NCBI RefSeq assembly: GCF_902713615.1
Contig: NW_024055441.1
Span: 310,001 to 374,000 of the forward strand
Length of the DNA stretch: 64,000 nucleotides
Source of the DNA: Scyliorhinus canicula
Taxonomy: Eukaryota
Direction of reading: 5' to 3'
Each line of letters begins with the position of its first letter. Within the stretch, counting starts at the first letter, position 1. Below, piece after piece: positions 10,867 through 22,999 of this stretch. Position numbers and translations under genes: made by a program. The notes under the pieces are model-generated. The model was given only the letters and a program-made list of their open reading frames with translations. It made no database searches and was not told the DNA's origin.

Positions 10867-11921
10867 GAAATTGGAAGAGGAGGAATTATGGACAGAAATC
10901 TCAAACTGCACATCTTGATGTGACAAACGCACTCGATTCCTTCTGATCTGAATACCATTGTGAGAAGGAGAAATGTTTGTCCGAACTGTCAGCTTCTAAA
11001 GATTTCAAACATCAGTGTGACCGGAAAAGCACCGAGACCCACACAACACACACCCCAGTGAGAGTGTTCCAGTGAACTGACTGTGGAAATAGCTTCAACC
11101 AGTTACACAGCCTGAAAAAACATCAGACCATTCACAGTGAGGAGAGACAGTGCACATGTTCTGTGTGTAGACAAGGCTTCCACTGACTGTCCAATCTGGA
11201 GAGATACGAGGAGACCGAAAACAAGAAGAAACCATGGAAATGTGGGGACTGTGGGAAGGGATTCAGAGCCCCATCAAAGCTGGAGTCTCATCGACGTAGT
11301 CACACTGGGGAGAAGCCATTCATCTGCTCTCAGTGTGAGAAGGGATTCGCTCAGTTATCCACCCTGAAGACACATCAGCGAGTTCACACTGGAGAGAGGC
11401 CATTCGCCTGCTTTAAGTGTGGGAAGGGATTCATTGATTCATCCGCCGTGCGAAAACATCAGCGAGTTCACACTGGGGAGAGACCATTCACCTGTTCCAT
11501 CTGTGGGAATGGATTCACACAGTTATCCATCCTGAAGACACACCAGCGACTTCACACTGGGGAAAAGCCATTCATCTGCTCTCAGTGTGGGAGGGGATTC
11601 ACTTGGTTAGCCAGTCTGCGGAGCCATCAGCGAATTCACACTGGGGAGACGTCATTCACCTGCTCTGAGTGTGAGAAGAGATTCACTGATTTATCCTGTC
11701 TGCAGACACACCAGCGAATTCACACCGGGGAGAGGCCGTTCACCTGCTCTCAGTGTGGGAAGGGATTTATTGATCCATCCATCCTGCAGAGACATCAGCG
11801 AGTTCACACTGGGGAGAAGCCGTTTGCCTGCTCCCTCTGTGGGAATGGATTCACACAGTTATCCAGTCTGCAGACACACCAGCAAGTTCACACTGGGGAA
11901 AAGCCATTCACCTGCTCTTAG
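10867..11921 (+). pseudogene. C2H2 zinc-finger gene B, 8 complete fingers, start codon lost
   Basis: Acceptor AG at 10865-10866. Open frame 11187-11918 with 8 fingers. The paralogous ACC ATG GAG AAA CCA TGG reads AAC AAG AAG AAA CCA TGG. TAG in finger 9, next to a CR1 insertion. Confidence 0.8.
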
Positions 11922-11933
11922 TGTAGGAAGGGA

Positions 11934-13210
11934 TTACATAGAAAATAGGAGCAGGAAGAGATAATTTGGCCCTTTGCACCTGCTCTGCCATTCATTATGA
12001 TCATAGTTTATCATCCAACTCCACAGCCTAATCCCGATTTCCCCTCCATTTCCTTTGATCCCCTTTGCCCTCAGTGCTGTATCTAACTGCTTCTTGAAAA
12101 CATGCAAGGTATTGGCCTCAACTAGTTCCTGTGGTAAAAAATCCCACAGGCTCACCACTCTCTGGGTGAAGAAATGTTTCCTCATCTCTGTCCTAAATGG
12201 TCCACCCCGTATCCTGAGACTGCGACCACTGGTTCTGTACACTCCCACCATCGGGTAAATCTTTCCTGCATCTACCCAATCAAATCCTGTTAGAATATTA
12301 TAGGTTTCTATAAGATCCCTCATTCTTCTGAACTCCAGTGGATACAATCCTAGCTGATTCAATCTCTCATACGTCAGTCCAACCATCCCAGGAATTAGTC
12401 TGGTAAACCTTCGCTGCACTCCCTCTAGAGCAAGAACATCCTTCCTCCGATAACGAGATGGAAACTGCTCACAATATTCCGGGTACGGCCTCGCCAAGGC
12501 CCTGTATAGAACAAAGAACAATACAGCACAGGAACAGGCCCTTCGGCCCTCCAAGCCTGCGCCGATCACGTGTTCTATCTAGACCAACCGCCTGTATCCT
12601 TCTATACCCCATCTGTTCATGTCCTGTCCAGATAAGTCTTAAAGGTCGCTAACGTATCTGCCTGAACCACCTCACTTGGCAGTGCATTCCAGGCCACCAC
12701 CACCCTCTGTGTAAAATACTCTTCCCGCACATCTCCACTGAACCTTTCCACCCTCACCTTGAATTTGTGCCCCCTTGTAATTGCCATTTCTGCACTGTTC
12801 ACTCTGTACCCCTAATAATTTTATAAACTTTTATCAGGTCACCCCTCCACCTCCATCTGTCTCGTGAAAACAATCCCGTTTATTCAATCTCTCCTCATAG
12901 CTAATCCCCTCCATACCAGGCAACATCCTGGTAAACCTTTTCTGTACTCTGTCCAAAGCCTCCACGTCCTTCTGGTAGTGCAGTGACCAGAATTGGGACA
13001 CAGTATTCCAAATGTGGCCTAACCAACATTCTATGTAATTGTAACATAATTTTTGAGTTTTTATCCTCGATACCCCGTCCAATGAAGGCAAGCATGCTAT
13101 CTGCTTTCTTCACCACCATTTCCACCTGTGCTGCCACTTTTAAGTATCTGTGGACCTGCATGCCCAGATCTCTCTGTGTCTCTATGCTCCTGATGGTCGG
13201 CATCTCCACA
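11934..13210 (-). mobile_element. Two adjacent CR1 LINE 3' portions
   Basis: ORFs 11934-12569 and 12901-13209 encode the CR1 RT C-terminus (RPHLEYCV, LEGVQRRFTRLIPG); a second 3' tail starts near 12510. Confidence 0.9.
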
Positions 13211-13469
13211 TCATGAGTGTTAAATGCTCTCAGTTCTGTATATTATGAATCTTAGTTGGACCTTATCCAGTGCCTCTATTTTCTTTTTCTAAATGAAGAT
13301 CACCAATGTTGTCAGTGCTCCCAGTGTTGTCTAACCCTAATTCTAAACAAGTTGAAAATTTCCTCCGTGCTTTTCAATTCTATCCCTCTGGAATGGAACC
13401 TTAGATATTTGCCTCACACTGTAAGAAAGATGTGAAGTTCTTAGAGAGGGTGCAGAGGACATTTACAAT

Positions 13470-13770
13470 AATAATAATCATCTTTATTATTGTCACAAGT
13501 GGGCTGACATTAACACTGCAATGACGTTACTGTGAAAATCCCCTAGTCGCCACACTCCTGCGCCTGTTCAGTTCCACCGAGGGAGAATTCAGAATCTCCA
13601 ATTCACCGAACAAGCACATCTTTCGGGACTTGTAGGAAACTGGAGCGCCCGGAGGAAACTCACGCAGACACGGGAAGAGCGTGCACACTCCGCACAGACA
13701 GTGACCCAGCAGGGAATCGAACCTGGGACCCTGGTGCTATGAAGCCACAGTGATAACCACATGTGCTGCC
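13470..13770 (-). mobile_element. V-SINE
   Basis: V-domain and (att)n tail on the reverse complement. Confidence 0.75.
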
Positions 13771-13888
13771 CATTGAAAGCTGCAACAAGACTGTGCAGTT
13801 GAATGTTGCACAAGTCCATTGGGTCCTGTAAAAGTGAAAATCGCTTATTGTCACGAGTAGGCTGCAATGAAGTTACTGTGAAAAGCCA

Positions 13889-13959
13889 GCTGTGTAGAGT
13901 AGGAGTTATTGCAGTCACCTAACACGTGAAAGGTCCCCTGTTTGAAACTGGCAGAAGCA
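13889..13959 (+). pseudogene. Degenerate tRNA-Val(AAC)
   Basis: ...cacctaacacgtgaaaggtcccctgtttgaaactggcagaagca aligns to the Val gene at 60446. Confidence 0.65.
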
Positions 13960-14866
13960 TTAAATGCTTCTCATTTAGTCCGAGGAAAACTTTCCACAAC
14001 ATCCGTTTGTCCCTGAATATTACCTGAATCTCGTATGTGAGAGGAATAGGAGATCTGGTCTCACATCAGCCACAAAAATTGATTCAGCGAAGTCTGAAGT
14101 GCTGCATTTTCAAGAAGCGGTGAGATGATAAAGAATTTCCTGCTTTGACACAGTTCCGATATTGGCAGTTTGTTCAACCACAACAGAATTTAATGTGCTT
14201 ACAGATGCAGATGAACATAATAACTGCCTCAATCATGTCTAATTGTGAGATAAAAGCAACTTACTTCGGATTCTTCAATCGGAAACAAAAACAGAAAATA
14301 CTGGACAATCTCAGCAGGTCTGACAGCCTCTGTGGAGAGAGATGGCAGCTGACGTTTTGAGTCTGGGTGACTCTTTGTCAAAGCTGGAGAACTGCAAATA
14401 GGGTCAGGTTTAGACTATTGTGGGTGGACAGTGGATGGGGCAGGAGGGCAGGGAGCTTGTGGAGATGTGGGGCTGGGTAAAGGGCCAGGGACAGGTGGAG
14501 AATGACTAAAATGACAGAAAGAAAAAGGGAATGTAAATCGGGGTAATAGAGGCTAAGAACAGTGCTGACAGTGGCGCGTTAAGAGATTAGAATCTTAACG
14601 GCAGAATAAAAGTAAGCAGTGAGTGAAAGGAAGCTAGGAACAGGGAGCAGATTGTCCAAGGGGGGGGGGGGGGGGGGGGGGGGGGGACAATGGTGGAGGA
14701 AAAACAGATCGATGGAAGAAATGAAAATAAGTTGCTAGAAATAAACATGTGAGGAAGGTGGAGGAGAATAATAAGTGACATGGCCTCTCAGCCTATCCAT
14801 CAGAAGCTGCAGCAAGACACTGCAGTTGAACATAGCACAGGTCCATTGGCTGCTCCGCTGCTGCCT

Positions 14867-14939
14867 GTTTCTGTGGTGTAGTGGTTAACATGTTCAGCTA
14901 ACTCGCGAAAGATCCTCCATTCAAAACTGTGCAGGAATG
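14867..14939 (+). pseudogene. Degenerate tRNA-Val
   Basis: gtttctgtggtgtagtggttaacatg...gcgaaagatcc, with upstream flank homologous to the 54-63 kb array. Confidence 0.65.
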
Positions 14940-16264
14940 TCGAATTCTTCTCGCTTAGTTTGAGGGATGTTTGGATAACATGCGTTTGTTTCTGCATATC
15001 ATCAGAATCCCATTTATTAGATATATATTTGGCCTCCTCGGCCTCAAACTTCTTTCAGAGAATTCTGTGAATATTGAAGAAGCAAAGATCAGAAAAAGAT
15101 GATCCCATTTTGATACAGTTCAGATCTTCTCAATTTGTTCAGTCCACAACAGAATTTAATGGATTTCCGGATGTAGATTAACATTTTTAATCACCATCTG
15201 AAATATATCTAATGGTAATGTGTGCTCATACAGACATAGGCAAATGATATTCTAACTGAATTAGAGGGAATGGCAGAGATTTAACTAAAACACCTTTTCG
15301 AAAATCGGGCTTTGTGGTAGAGAAACAGGAAAAGCCACTCACGGAGACGAGGAAATTCAGGCTCAGTGCGGATTTGCTGTCACCCCTCGTTTAATTAACA
15401 TGAACGGGATTAAGGCAGCGGAATGTTTCATACCCAGAAAAAAGAGGGTAAAATATAATAAATTTATCATTCTTTAATCTCCTACCTGTGAAGGTATTTG
15501 ATTGTGTTTAAAAACTGACGTGGCCAATCTCAAATGAACTCAACAGAACTTATATTACCCAGTGACACGATTTATTTTCTTTGTCAGTCATGTTTGTATA
15601 TTTCAGAGAGTCTCAATTTCAGATGAGGACATAAATATCAAATAATATCAAGTTTTGAGTAATGCAACAAATATTGAGTAAAATTGTTTGATGGTTTTCG
15701 AAGGAACGTAAGAATGATGTTATTACTGAATGAGAGGAAATATTTGCTGGGCAGACATTTCTACATTTCATAATTCATTTGAAATCTAATAAAGTAAACT
15801 ACTTCAGCAAAGTGATCTCTAAAGTCTAGAGGGCTTTGTTAAGCTTTACAAATCCCTCTCTAATAGACAGACTCTGTGAATAGGATGTAGATCAAATGTA
15901 ATTAGATTCTGTTATCAACTCAGAAATAATGACAAGATGCTTCAGCAGCAAAATACACTTTTGTAAATTCAATATGAAACCAATTGCATGATTACATAAT
16001 GTTTGTATCATAAACTACACCATCTTCATGTCTGAATTTTCTGGTCATTGGTCCAGGGGAACGTTCTCAAGGATTCTGCAGAAACTCCTTTTTCAAAAGC
16101 AAATTGGAAGAATAATTGGAATAGAGAAACTTCAAGATCACAGAAAGAGAGAAGGACATTGAGACTAATCAATTTGCTCTTGTTCCAGCTATATTTTTAT
16201 TCGACTTTGATCATTTTTACAGATAGCACAAAAGATTTTCCAATAGGCTCATTGCCAATCAGCT

Positions 16265-16335
16265 GTTTTTTCAGTGTACTGGTTATCACGTCTCCTCACA
16301 CACCAAATGTCCCTCATTATTATTATTCAAAACAT
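16265..16335 (+). pseudogene. Highly degenerate tRNA-Val(CAC)
   Basis: cagctgttttttcagtgtactggttatcacgtctcctcacacaccaaatgtccc resembles the Val 5' half and its flank. Confidence 0.45.
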
Positions 16336-16675
16336 TATTGACGTTACTCATCTAAATTTGCAGATAAGTTGTATCATTGTTATTTATTATTCAATAGTTA
16401 AACAAATGCATTACCTGACACCCACAAAGTTCCAAATGATACCCTGCAAAATACTCTGTGATGGAGAATGGCAGGAATTGCAGTCAGAGTTCACATGTGT
16501 TAGCTGTGAATGGTTTTCTAATGTGCTATGCCACCTTATGATTCTAATGTCAGATCAATTTCTCCACCAATTGCCTAATTTTCAGTCAAATTGTACTCCC
16601 ACAATAGAAGGTTCTTCAGGGCAATAAGGACGCATAGTTTACTATTCTCGGTCAGTGCACGAAGCGCTGTTCCCT

Positions 16676-16740
16676 GTTTCTGTAGTGTAGTGATTATCAT
16701 GTTTGCTTAAAGGCCCTCGGTTTAATACTGCACAGAAACA
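16676..16740 (+). pseudogene. Degenerate tRNA-Val with deleted anticodon arm
   Basis: gtttctgtagtgtagtgattatcatg...cagaaaca, 65 nt. Confidence 0.65.
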
Positions 16741-16907
16741 TTATCAAACCCCATTAATTTCCGTGTGTGGAAAAGTTACAAGATTGACATTTTCATTATT
16801 CATTTATACCCAACCTGAATTGCCCTTGAATTGGGTTGCTGAGTTGATCTGCCGTGTGGAACCCCGATCCCCAGAGCTTCAGCCTGGTTCTCTGCTTTCC
16901 TAGTCTG

Positions 16908-17354
16908 GATGTCGAGATGCCAGCATTGGACTGGGGTGGGCACAGTAGGAAGACTGACAACACCAGGTTAAAGTCCAATTGGTTTGTGTCGAATAACTAG
17001 CTTTCGGAGCGCAGCTCCTTCCACAGGTGAATGAAGAGGTGGGTTCCACAAACACATATATAGACAAATTCAATGATGCAAGATGATACTTTGAATGTGA
17101 GTCTGTAGATAATTAAATCTTTACAGTTCCAAACATTGCAACTGGAGAGAGGGATAATCACAGGTTAAAGAGATGTGAAATGTCTCACGCCAGCACAGTT
17201 GGTAGGATTTCACAAGCCCAGGCCAGATGGTGGGGGGTGAATGTAATGCAACATGAATCCAAGGTCCCGGTTGAGGCTGTACCCATGCGTGCGGAACTTG
17301 GCTATCAGTTTCTGCTTGGCGATACTGCGTTGCCGAACGTCCTGAAGGCTGCCT
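16908..17354 (-). mobile_element. Penelope-like element 3' unit (GIY-YIG C-terminus plus hammerhead relic)
   Basis: Reverse complement matches 56938-57362; hammerhead core mutated to CTGTGGA at 16995-17029. Confidence 0.75.
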
Positions 17355-17479
17355 ACCTAAGCCCCACCTCCATCCTATCCCCATAACCCAGTAACCCCAC
17401 CTAACCTTTTTGGACACTATGGCAATTTAACATGGCCAATCCACCTAACCTGCACATATTTGGACTCATGCCTGTGCTA

Positions 17480-18117
17480 TCACAGAGACTGCCCGTTTCC
17501 ACCCACGTTACATTATCCGGCCTCTCTCCTGTGTCTGTGCGCCTGGGGCTGAAACCTCAGTCATGCTTTCGTCACCTCCCGATTTGACAATTCCATTACA
17601 CACCTGGCTGCTCTCCCACATTCTACCTCTGTAAACTTAAAGCCATCCAAAAGGCTGCTACCCATGTCTTAATTCACAGCAAGTTCCTTTCCCCTATAAT
17701 CCCTGTGCTCTGAGACTTGCATTCGCTCCCAGTCAATTCTCACCCTTGTTTTCAAATCCGTCCATGGCGTCGTCTCTCCCTGTCTCTGTCATCTCCTCCA
17801 GCTCCACAACCCCCTGAGATATCTGCACAGCTCTGATCCTGGACTCTTGCGCACCCGCGATTCTAATTACTCCGCCATGGTTTTAAGTTCCCTCGGCCCC
17901 AAGCACTGAATTCCCTCCCTAAACCTCCCCGTCTCCACCTCACTTACCTCCTTTCAGACTCTTTAAAACTCACCTCTTTGACCAAGTTTTTGGTCACCTG
18001 CCCTAATATCTCCTTTTATGTCTGGGTGTCTCACTTTGTTTTATAATGTTCCTGTGAAGTTGACTGGGATGATTTATGATGTTAAAGGTGTTATATAAAT
18101 AGAAGTTGTTGTTGTTG
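17480..18117 (+). mobile_element. L2 LINE 3' end
   Basis: Degenerate HAFVTSR.D...IQ.AA...L..I.PVL..LH.LP motifs and a (gtt)n tail. Confidence 0.7.
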
Positions 18118-18199
18118 ACTGTAACCCTGACCTCCTGTTTTACAATATCCCATTGGTTTCAGAACAAACTCTATCTCTGATGTTTTGCCTCCTGCGGGT

Positions 18200-18990
18200 T
18201 TGCAGCCTCTATAAAGACGGCGGCCGTTAACTCAGGCCTGTCACCGGGAGCAGACCGCAGCTGTCCCCCCGCTTGATGCAAACACGGACCCGGAAACTTT
18301 TTATAGGTTTGGAACCTCCACCGGGTTTCAGTGAACCCTCCAAGCCGAATCCAGCATAGGCACTGCGCATGCTCCAGCTCACAATGCCAGAGAGTGATTG
18401 ACGGCAGCTCTGGTCCAATAGGAAGAGAGGGGTGGGCCTGGAGGACCGAGTGGTTGCAGCCAGTCTTCCAACCAATCGGAGTGAATGAGGGGCGGGGCTC
18501 AGCCCCGGTTTCCCACGTGAGGCCTGAGCATGCGCAGTACCTATGACAACTCAGGATTCAGGCGGTTGGGTGGAAATTGTGAGCCGTTCAAATTCGGTTT
18601 GGTAACTCATGAGGGAGGGGTGGAGCCGGCGGATGGGTCGAAAGGCTTCACAGACACTCCGTGTAGACCGAAGCCACGAATACGAAGTGAGGATACAGGA
18701 GCTGAACCGGCGAAAGCTGCTCGGGCTTTTCCCTGAGACAGGCCCGGGTGGCCGGGCGCATGCGGAAGGAGCGAGAGCACCGGCTTTGCTCCGCCTCCCA
18801 TTCACTCTGATTGCCTGGAGGACCAGTCGCTCTTGTTTGGTCCTCCAGACCCGCCCCCTCTTCCTATTGGTCCGAATCCGCCGTCAATCAGTCCCCGGGC
18901 ATTGTGAGCTGGAGCAAACCCTTCACCATCATTGTCAGCTCCCTGGTTTGCAGCTGCGGAGCTTCTCCCTCCCGGGAACAGGCCCAGGTT
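18200..18990. promoter_or_regulatory. CpG-rich ZNF-C promoter module
   Basis: AAGACGGCGGC at 18214, CCGGAAA, several GCGCATG motifs, paired CCAAT boxes, TGATTGACGG. Confidence 0.6.
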
Positions 18991-19129
18991 AACGGGCACC
19001 ATCCTGCTTCACACACTGGAGGGTGGTTCACATCAGAGGATGGGGGAGGGGGATAATAAATAAGAGTTTACAGTTTGCACTCAAATCAATGAGGACTCTG
19101 ATATCTGCCAAGGAAGGAAACCCTGGCAG

Positions 19130-19460
19130 GTGGGTGGGGAGGATTCACAAACACCCCCTGGAGGCCCCAAACCCACCAATAAGACCCATTGATTTTATTG
19201 TCAGTCTGCAGACAGGAGCTGGAGAACTGAACCCAGGCAGAGGAGTGGGAGGGAGAAAACTGGGAGTGAAGGAAATAAATGGTGCAGATGGTGAGATGGG
19301 TTTGGATTTCAGCCCAGGGAGAGGGAGAGTGTGTGGGATGGGGATTTACAGCTTTGGGGGAACAAGAGAGGTACAAATGTTCCAGAGAAACTAAAATTGT
19401 CTGTTCAGAATTTCTATCCTGGACTGACAGTGATGGCTTTTGTAAACTCCTTTCACAGGG
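19130..19460 (+). repeat. Shared ZNF intron 3' cassette
   Basis: Same ~300-bp block as 6087-6400 and 9339-9900 (minus) and 10680-10866 (plus), ending in ...ctcctttcacag. Confidence 0.75.
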
Positions 19461-20445
19461 GGTTAGAATTGGAGACTTTGCACACAACAAACTGAACCCA
19501 ACAGAAAGGTTTGTCTCTTTGCGAATTCTATCCTGCATTGACAGTGATGACTTTGTAAATGAGAGATTACAGCTCTCGGGAAAGATTAAATGGAGTGGAG
19601 CCATTTTTCTATCGACAACAATAAATGAAGCAGTGACCTGCTTTAAATCTTTTAAATTATCAGTAGTTTGGAGAGGGGCGATGTGAGAGAGTGACCATCA
19701 ATAAACAACACGTCATAAATACAAGATAGTTACAAATAAATCCAAGGGGGCAATACAGACAAATTTATTTATCACAGGTTCAGAATGTGCAACTCATTAC
19801 CATGGAAAGGAGTTGAGGAAAGTGCTGAGATGTTTTCAAAAGGAAACGGGACAAGCACATGAGAGAAAATTGAATCAAAAACCAGCTGAAGGGCTGAGAT
19901 TTGATAGGTGTGACAGTCGGAGATGTGTGCCGAGTATTGACAGCAGTATCTGTACAGAATGGCATGTTTGAGTCTTATATATTCACAGTATTTCAATGTA
20001 ATCTTCTTTTACAGAATATTTCCAGATGCAAACACCCTGTCGAGATCTGACAGTCACTTGATTCATCAGGACCGGCCTTTCAACGTGGAAGGAGAAATGT
20101 TCGTCTGTTTTGTCTTTCAGAAAAAATTTCAAAAATCACTGTGATTGGAAAAGCACCGAGACACAGACATCTAAGTAATTTTCCACAGTTAGCTGGAACT
20201 GAGCTTTAACCAATCACAAAGCATGAAATTAAATTGCAGCATTTACATCAGGGAGACACCGTACTCTGGCTTCAACTGATGATCCAAGTTGGAGAGACAC
20301 AATGACATTTGCACCAAAGGAATGAAGAAGCAGCAATAGGACATTCAGCCCCGTGAGCCTGTTCCACCATTTAATAACATCACGGCTGATCTGATAGTGA
20401 TGTCAAATCTGCATCCCACCTACACCTGACAACTTGTCGATAACC

Positions 20446-21623
20446 ATGGAGAAACCATGGAAATGTGGGGACTGTGGGATGGGATTCAATTACCCGTCTG
20501 AATTGGAAACTCATCGCGTATTCATACTGGGGAAAGGCCATTCACCTGCTCCGTGTGTGGGAAGGGATTCACTCTGTCATCACACCTCCTGACACACCAA
20601 CTTGTTCATACTGATCAGAGACCATTTAAATGTGATCACTGTAAGAAGAGTTTTAAAAGCAGATATAATTTACTGACACATCAACGCACTCACACTGGGG
20701 AGAGGCCATTCACCTGCTCCGTGTGTGGGAAGGGATTCATTCTGCCAACTGAACTCCTGAGACACCAACTTGTTCATACTGATGAGAAACCTTTTAAATG
20801 TGCTGACTGTGAAAAGAGCTTTAAAAGCAGAAAGGATTTACTGTTACATCAACGCACTCACACTGGGAAGAGGCCATTCACCTGTTTGGAATGTGGGAAA
20901 GGATTTAATGATTTGTCAAACCTCCGGGCTCACCGTCGGGTCCACTCTGACCAGAGACCGTTTAAATGTGCTGACTGTGAGAAGAGCTTTAAACGCAGAA
21001 TGGATTTACTGACACACCAACGCACTCACACTTGGGAGAGGCCATTCAGCTGCTCCGTGTGTGGGAAGGGATTCACTCAGTCATCAATCCTCCTGAGACA
21101 CCAACTTTTTCATACTGATCAGAGACGCTACAAATGTGCTGACTGTGAGATGAGCTTTAAAAGTAAAAAGAATTTACTGGTACACCAACGCACTCACACT
21201 GGGGAGAGGCCATTCACCTGTTCCGTGTGTGGAAAGGGATTCACTCAGTCATCAATCCTCCTGAGACACCAACTTGTTCATACTGATCAGAAACCTTTTA
21301 AATGTGCTGACTGTGAGAAGAGCTTTAAAAGTAAAAATAATTTACTGTCACATCAACGCACTCACTCTGGGGAGAGGCCGTTCACCTGCTCCGTGTGTGA
21401 GAAGAGCTTTAAAAATAAAAATAATTTACTGTCACATCAACGCACTCACACTGGGGAGAGGCCATTCACCTGCTCCGTGTGTGAGAAGGGATTCACATGT
21501 TCATCCCAGCTTCTGCAACACCAGCGAGTTCACATGTGTGACAAGAAATTTACTCAGTCATCCTATCTGACTTCACACCAACTTGTTCACATTGATCAGA
21601 AACCTTTTAAATATTCTGACTGA
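20446..21623 (+). pseudogene. C2H2 zinc-finger gene C, 13 fingers plus one truncated, 1-nt frameshift after finger 1
   Basis: ATG GAG AAA CCA TGG at 20446. catcgcgtattcat lacks one base near 20516, shifting frame relative to the 356-aa ORF at 20553-21623. Confidence 0.8.
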
Positions 21624-21682
21624 AAAGAGATTTAAAGGTAAACCGAATCTATGGAAACACCAGCGAGTTCACACTGAAACAG

Positions 21683-22005
21683 AATCATAGAATTTACAGT
21701 GCAGAAGGAGGGCATTCGGCCCATTGAGTGCACCGGCCCTTGGAAAGAGCACCTCACTTAAGCCCATGCCTCCAACCTAACCCATAACCCCACCTCACCT
21801 TTTTGGACACTCAGGGAAATCTATCATGGCCAATCCACCTAATCTACACATTTTTGGACTTCTGGGAGGAAACTGGAGGACCTGGAGGAAACCCACGCAG
21901 ACATGGGGAGAACGTGCAAACTCCGCACAGACAGTGAGCCAAGCGGGAATTCTGGGACCCTGGAACTTTGAAGCAACAGTGCCAACCACTGTGTTACCGT
22001 GTGGC
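21683..22005 (-). mobile_element. HE1-type V-SINE splitting the ZNF-C 3' end
   Basis: Finger-like sequence resumes at ~22010 (gtactggggagaggc...). Confidence 0.75.
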
Positions 22006-22999
22006 CGACACGTCGGAGCGGTACTGGGGAGAGGCTTTTTAACTGCTCCGTGTGTGGGATGAGATTCACTCAGTCAAACAACCTGCACAGACATCAGCAA
22101 GTTCACAGGCAACAGCAGGGTTTGGATTCAGCTGTTGTTGCTGCTGTTAGTCACATCCAGGACTGAATGATGCCTGGACGTCTGTTTCCAGTGGGGCTCC
22201 ACAGTTTCCGGTATATATCAGTGATTTAGACTGAAATGTATGCACCAGGATTATACAAAAGTTGCTGATGTGTTTTAGACAATGAGGGAGAAAGCCATGG
22301 ACTGGGTCAGGCGGGCAGAAAAATGGTGAATGGAAATTTAGATAATGAGAGGTTAGGAACACACTTCAGTTAACTCACGATGAAAATAAAGTCACTTGAA
22401 ATGAAATGAAATGAAAATCGCTTATTGTCACAAGTAGGCTTCAAAGGAAGTTACTGTGAAAAGCCCCTAGTCGCCACATTCCGGCGCCTGTTCAGGGAGG
22501 CTGGTACGGGAATCGAATTGTGCTGCTGGCCTGCCTTGGTCTACTTTCAAAGCCAGCGTTTTAGGAAAAATCTGATTGGTGGGGAAGCTACAAATAATCC
22601 TTTTTAAAAAAAATAAATTCAGAGTACCCAATTATTTTTTTTTTTCGAATTCAGAGGCAATTTAACCTGGCCAATCCACCTAACCTGCACATCTTTAGGT
22701 TGTGGGGGTGAAACCCATGCAGACACGGGGAGAATGTGCAAACTCCACACGGACAGTGACCCAGGGCCGGGATTCAAACCCGGATCCTCAGTGCTGTAGT
22801 CCCAGTGCTAACCACTGCTCCACGTGCTGCCCTAGCTACAAATAATTCTAATAACTTTATTGAACAGTTCTCAAATGGAAAGGCACTTGACCACATTAAA
22901 ACTAAGGATCTGCAATAAACGTTTGATCTATAAAGTCATATTTAGGGCAAGATTATAAACAGAGGGCATTCACTTAAAGTGATTAGAAAAAGAAGCAAT

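Noticed and set aside
11073-11186. Selenocysteine or programmed read-through at the conserved TGA codons
   Set aside because: No SECIS-like element recognised, and other paralogues carry frameshifts or deletions in this region
14620-14646. Long G/C homopolymers (also ~220, ~26780, ~47580) as G-quadruplex elements
   Set aside because: Simple runs inside repeat-derived flanks; length is unreliable in assemblies
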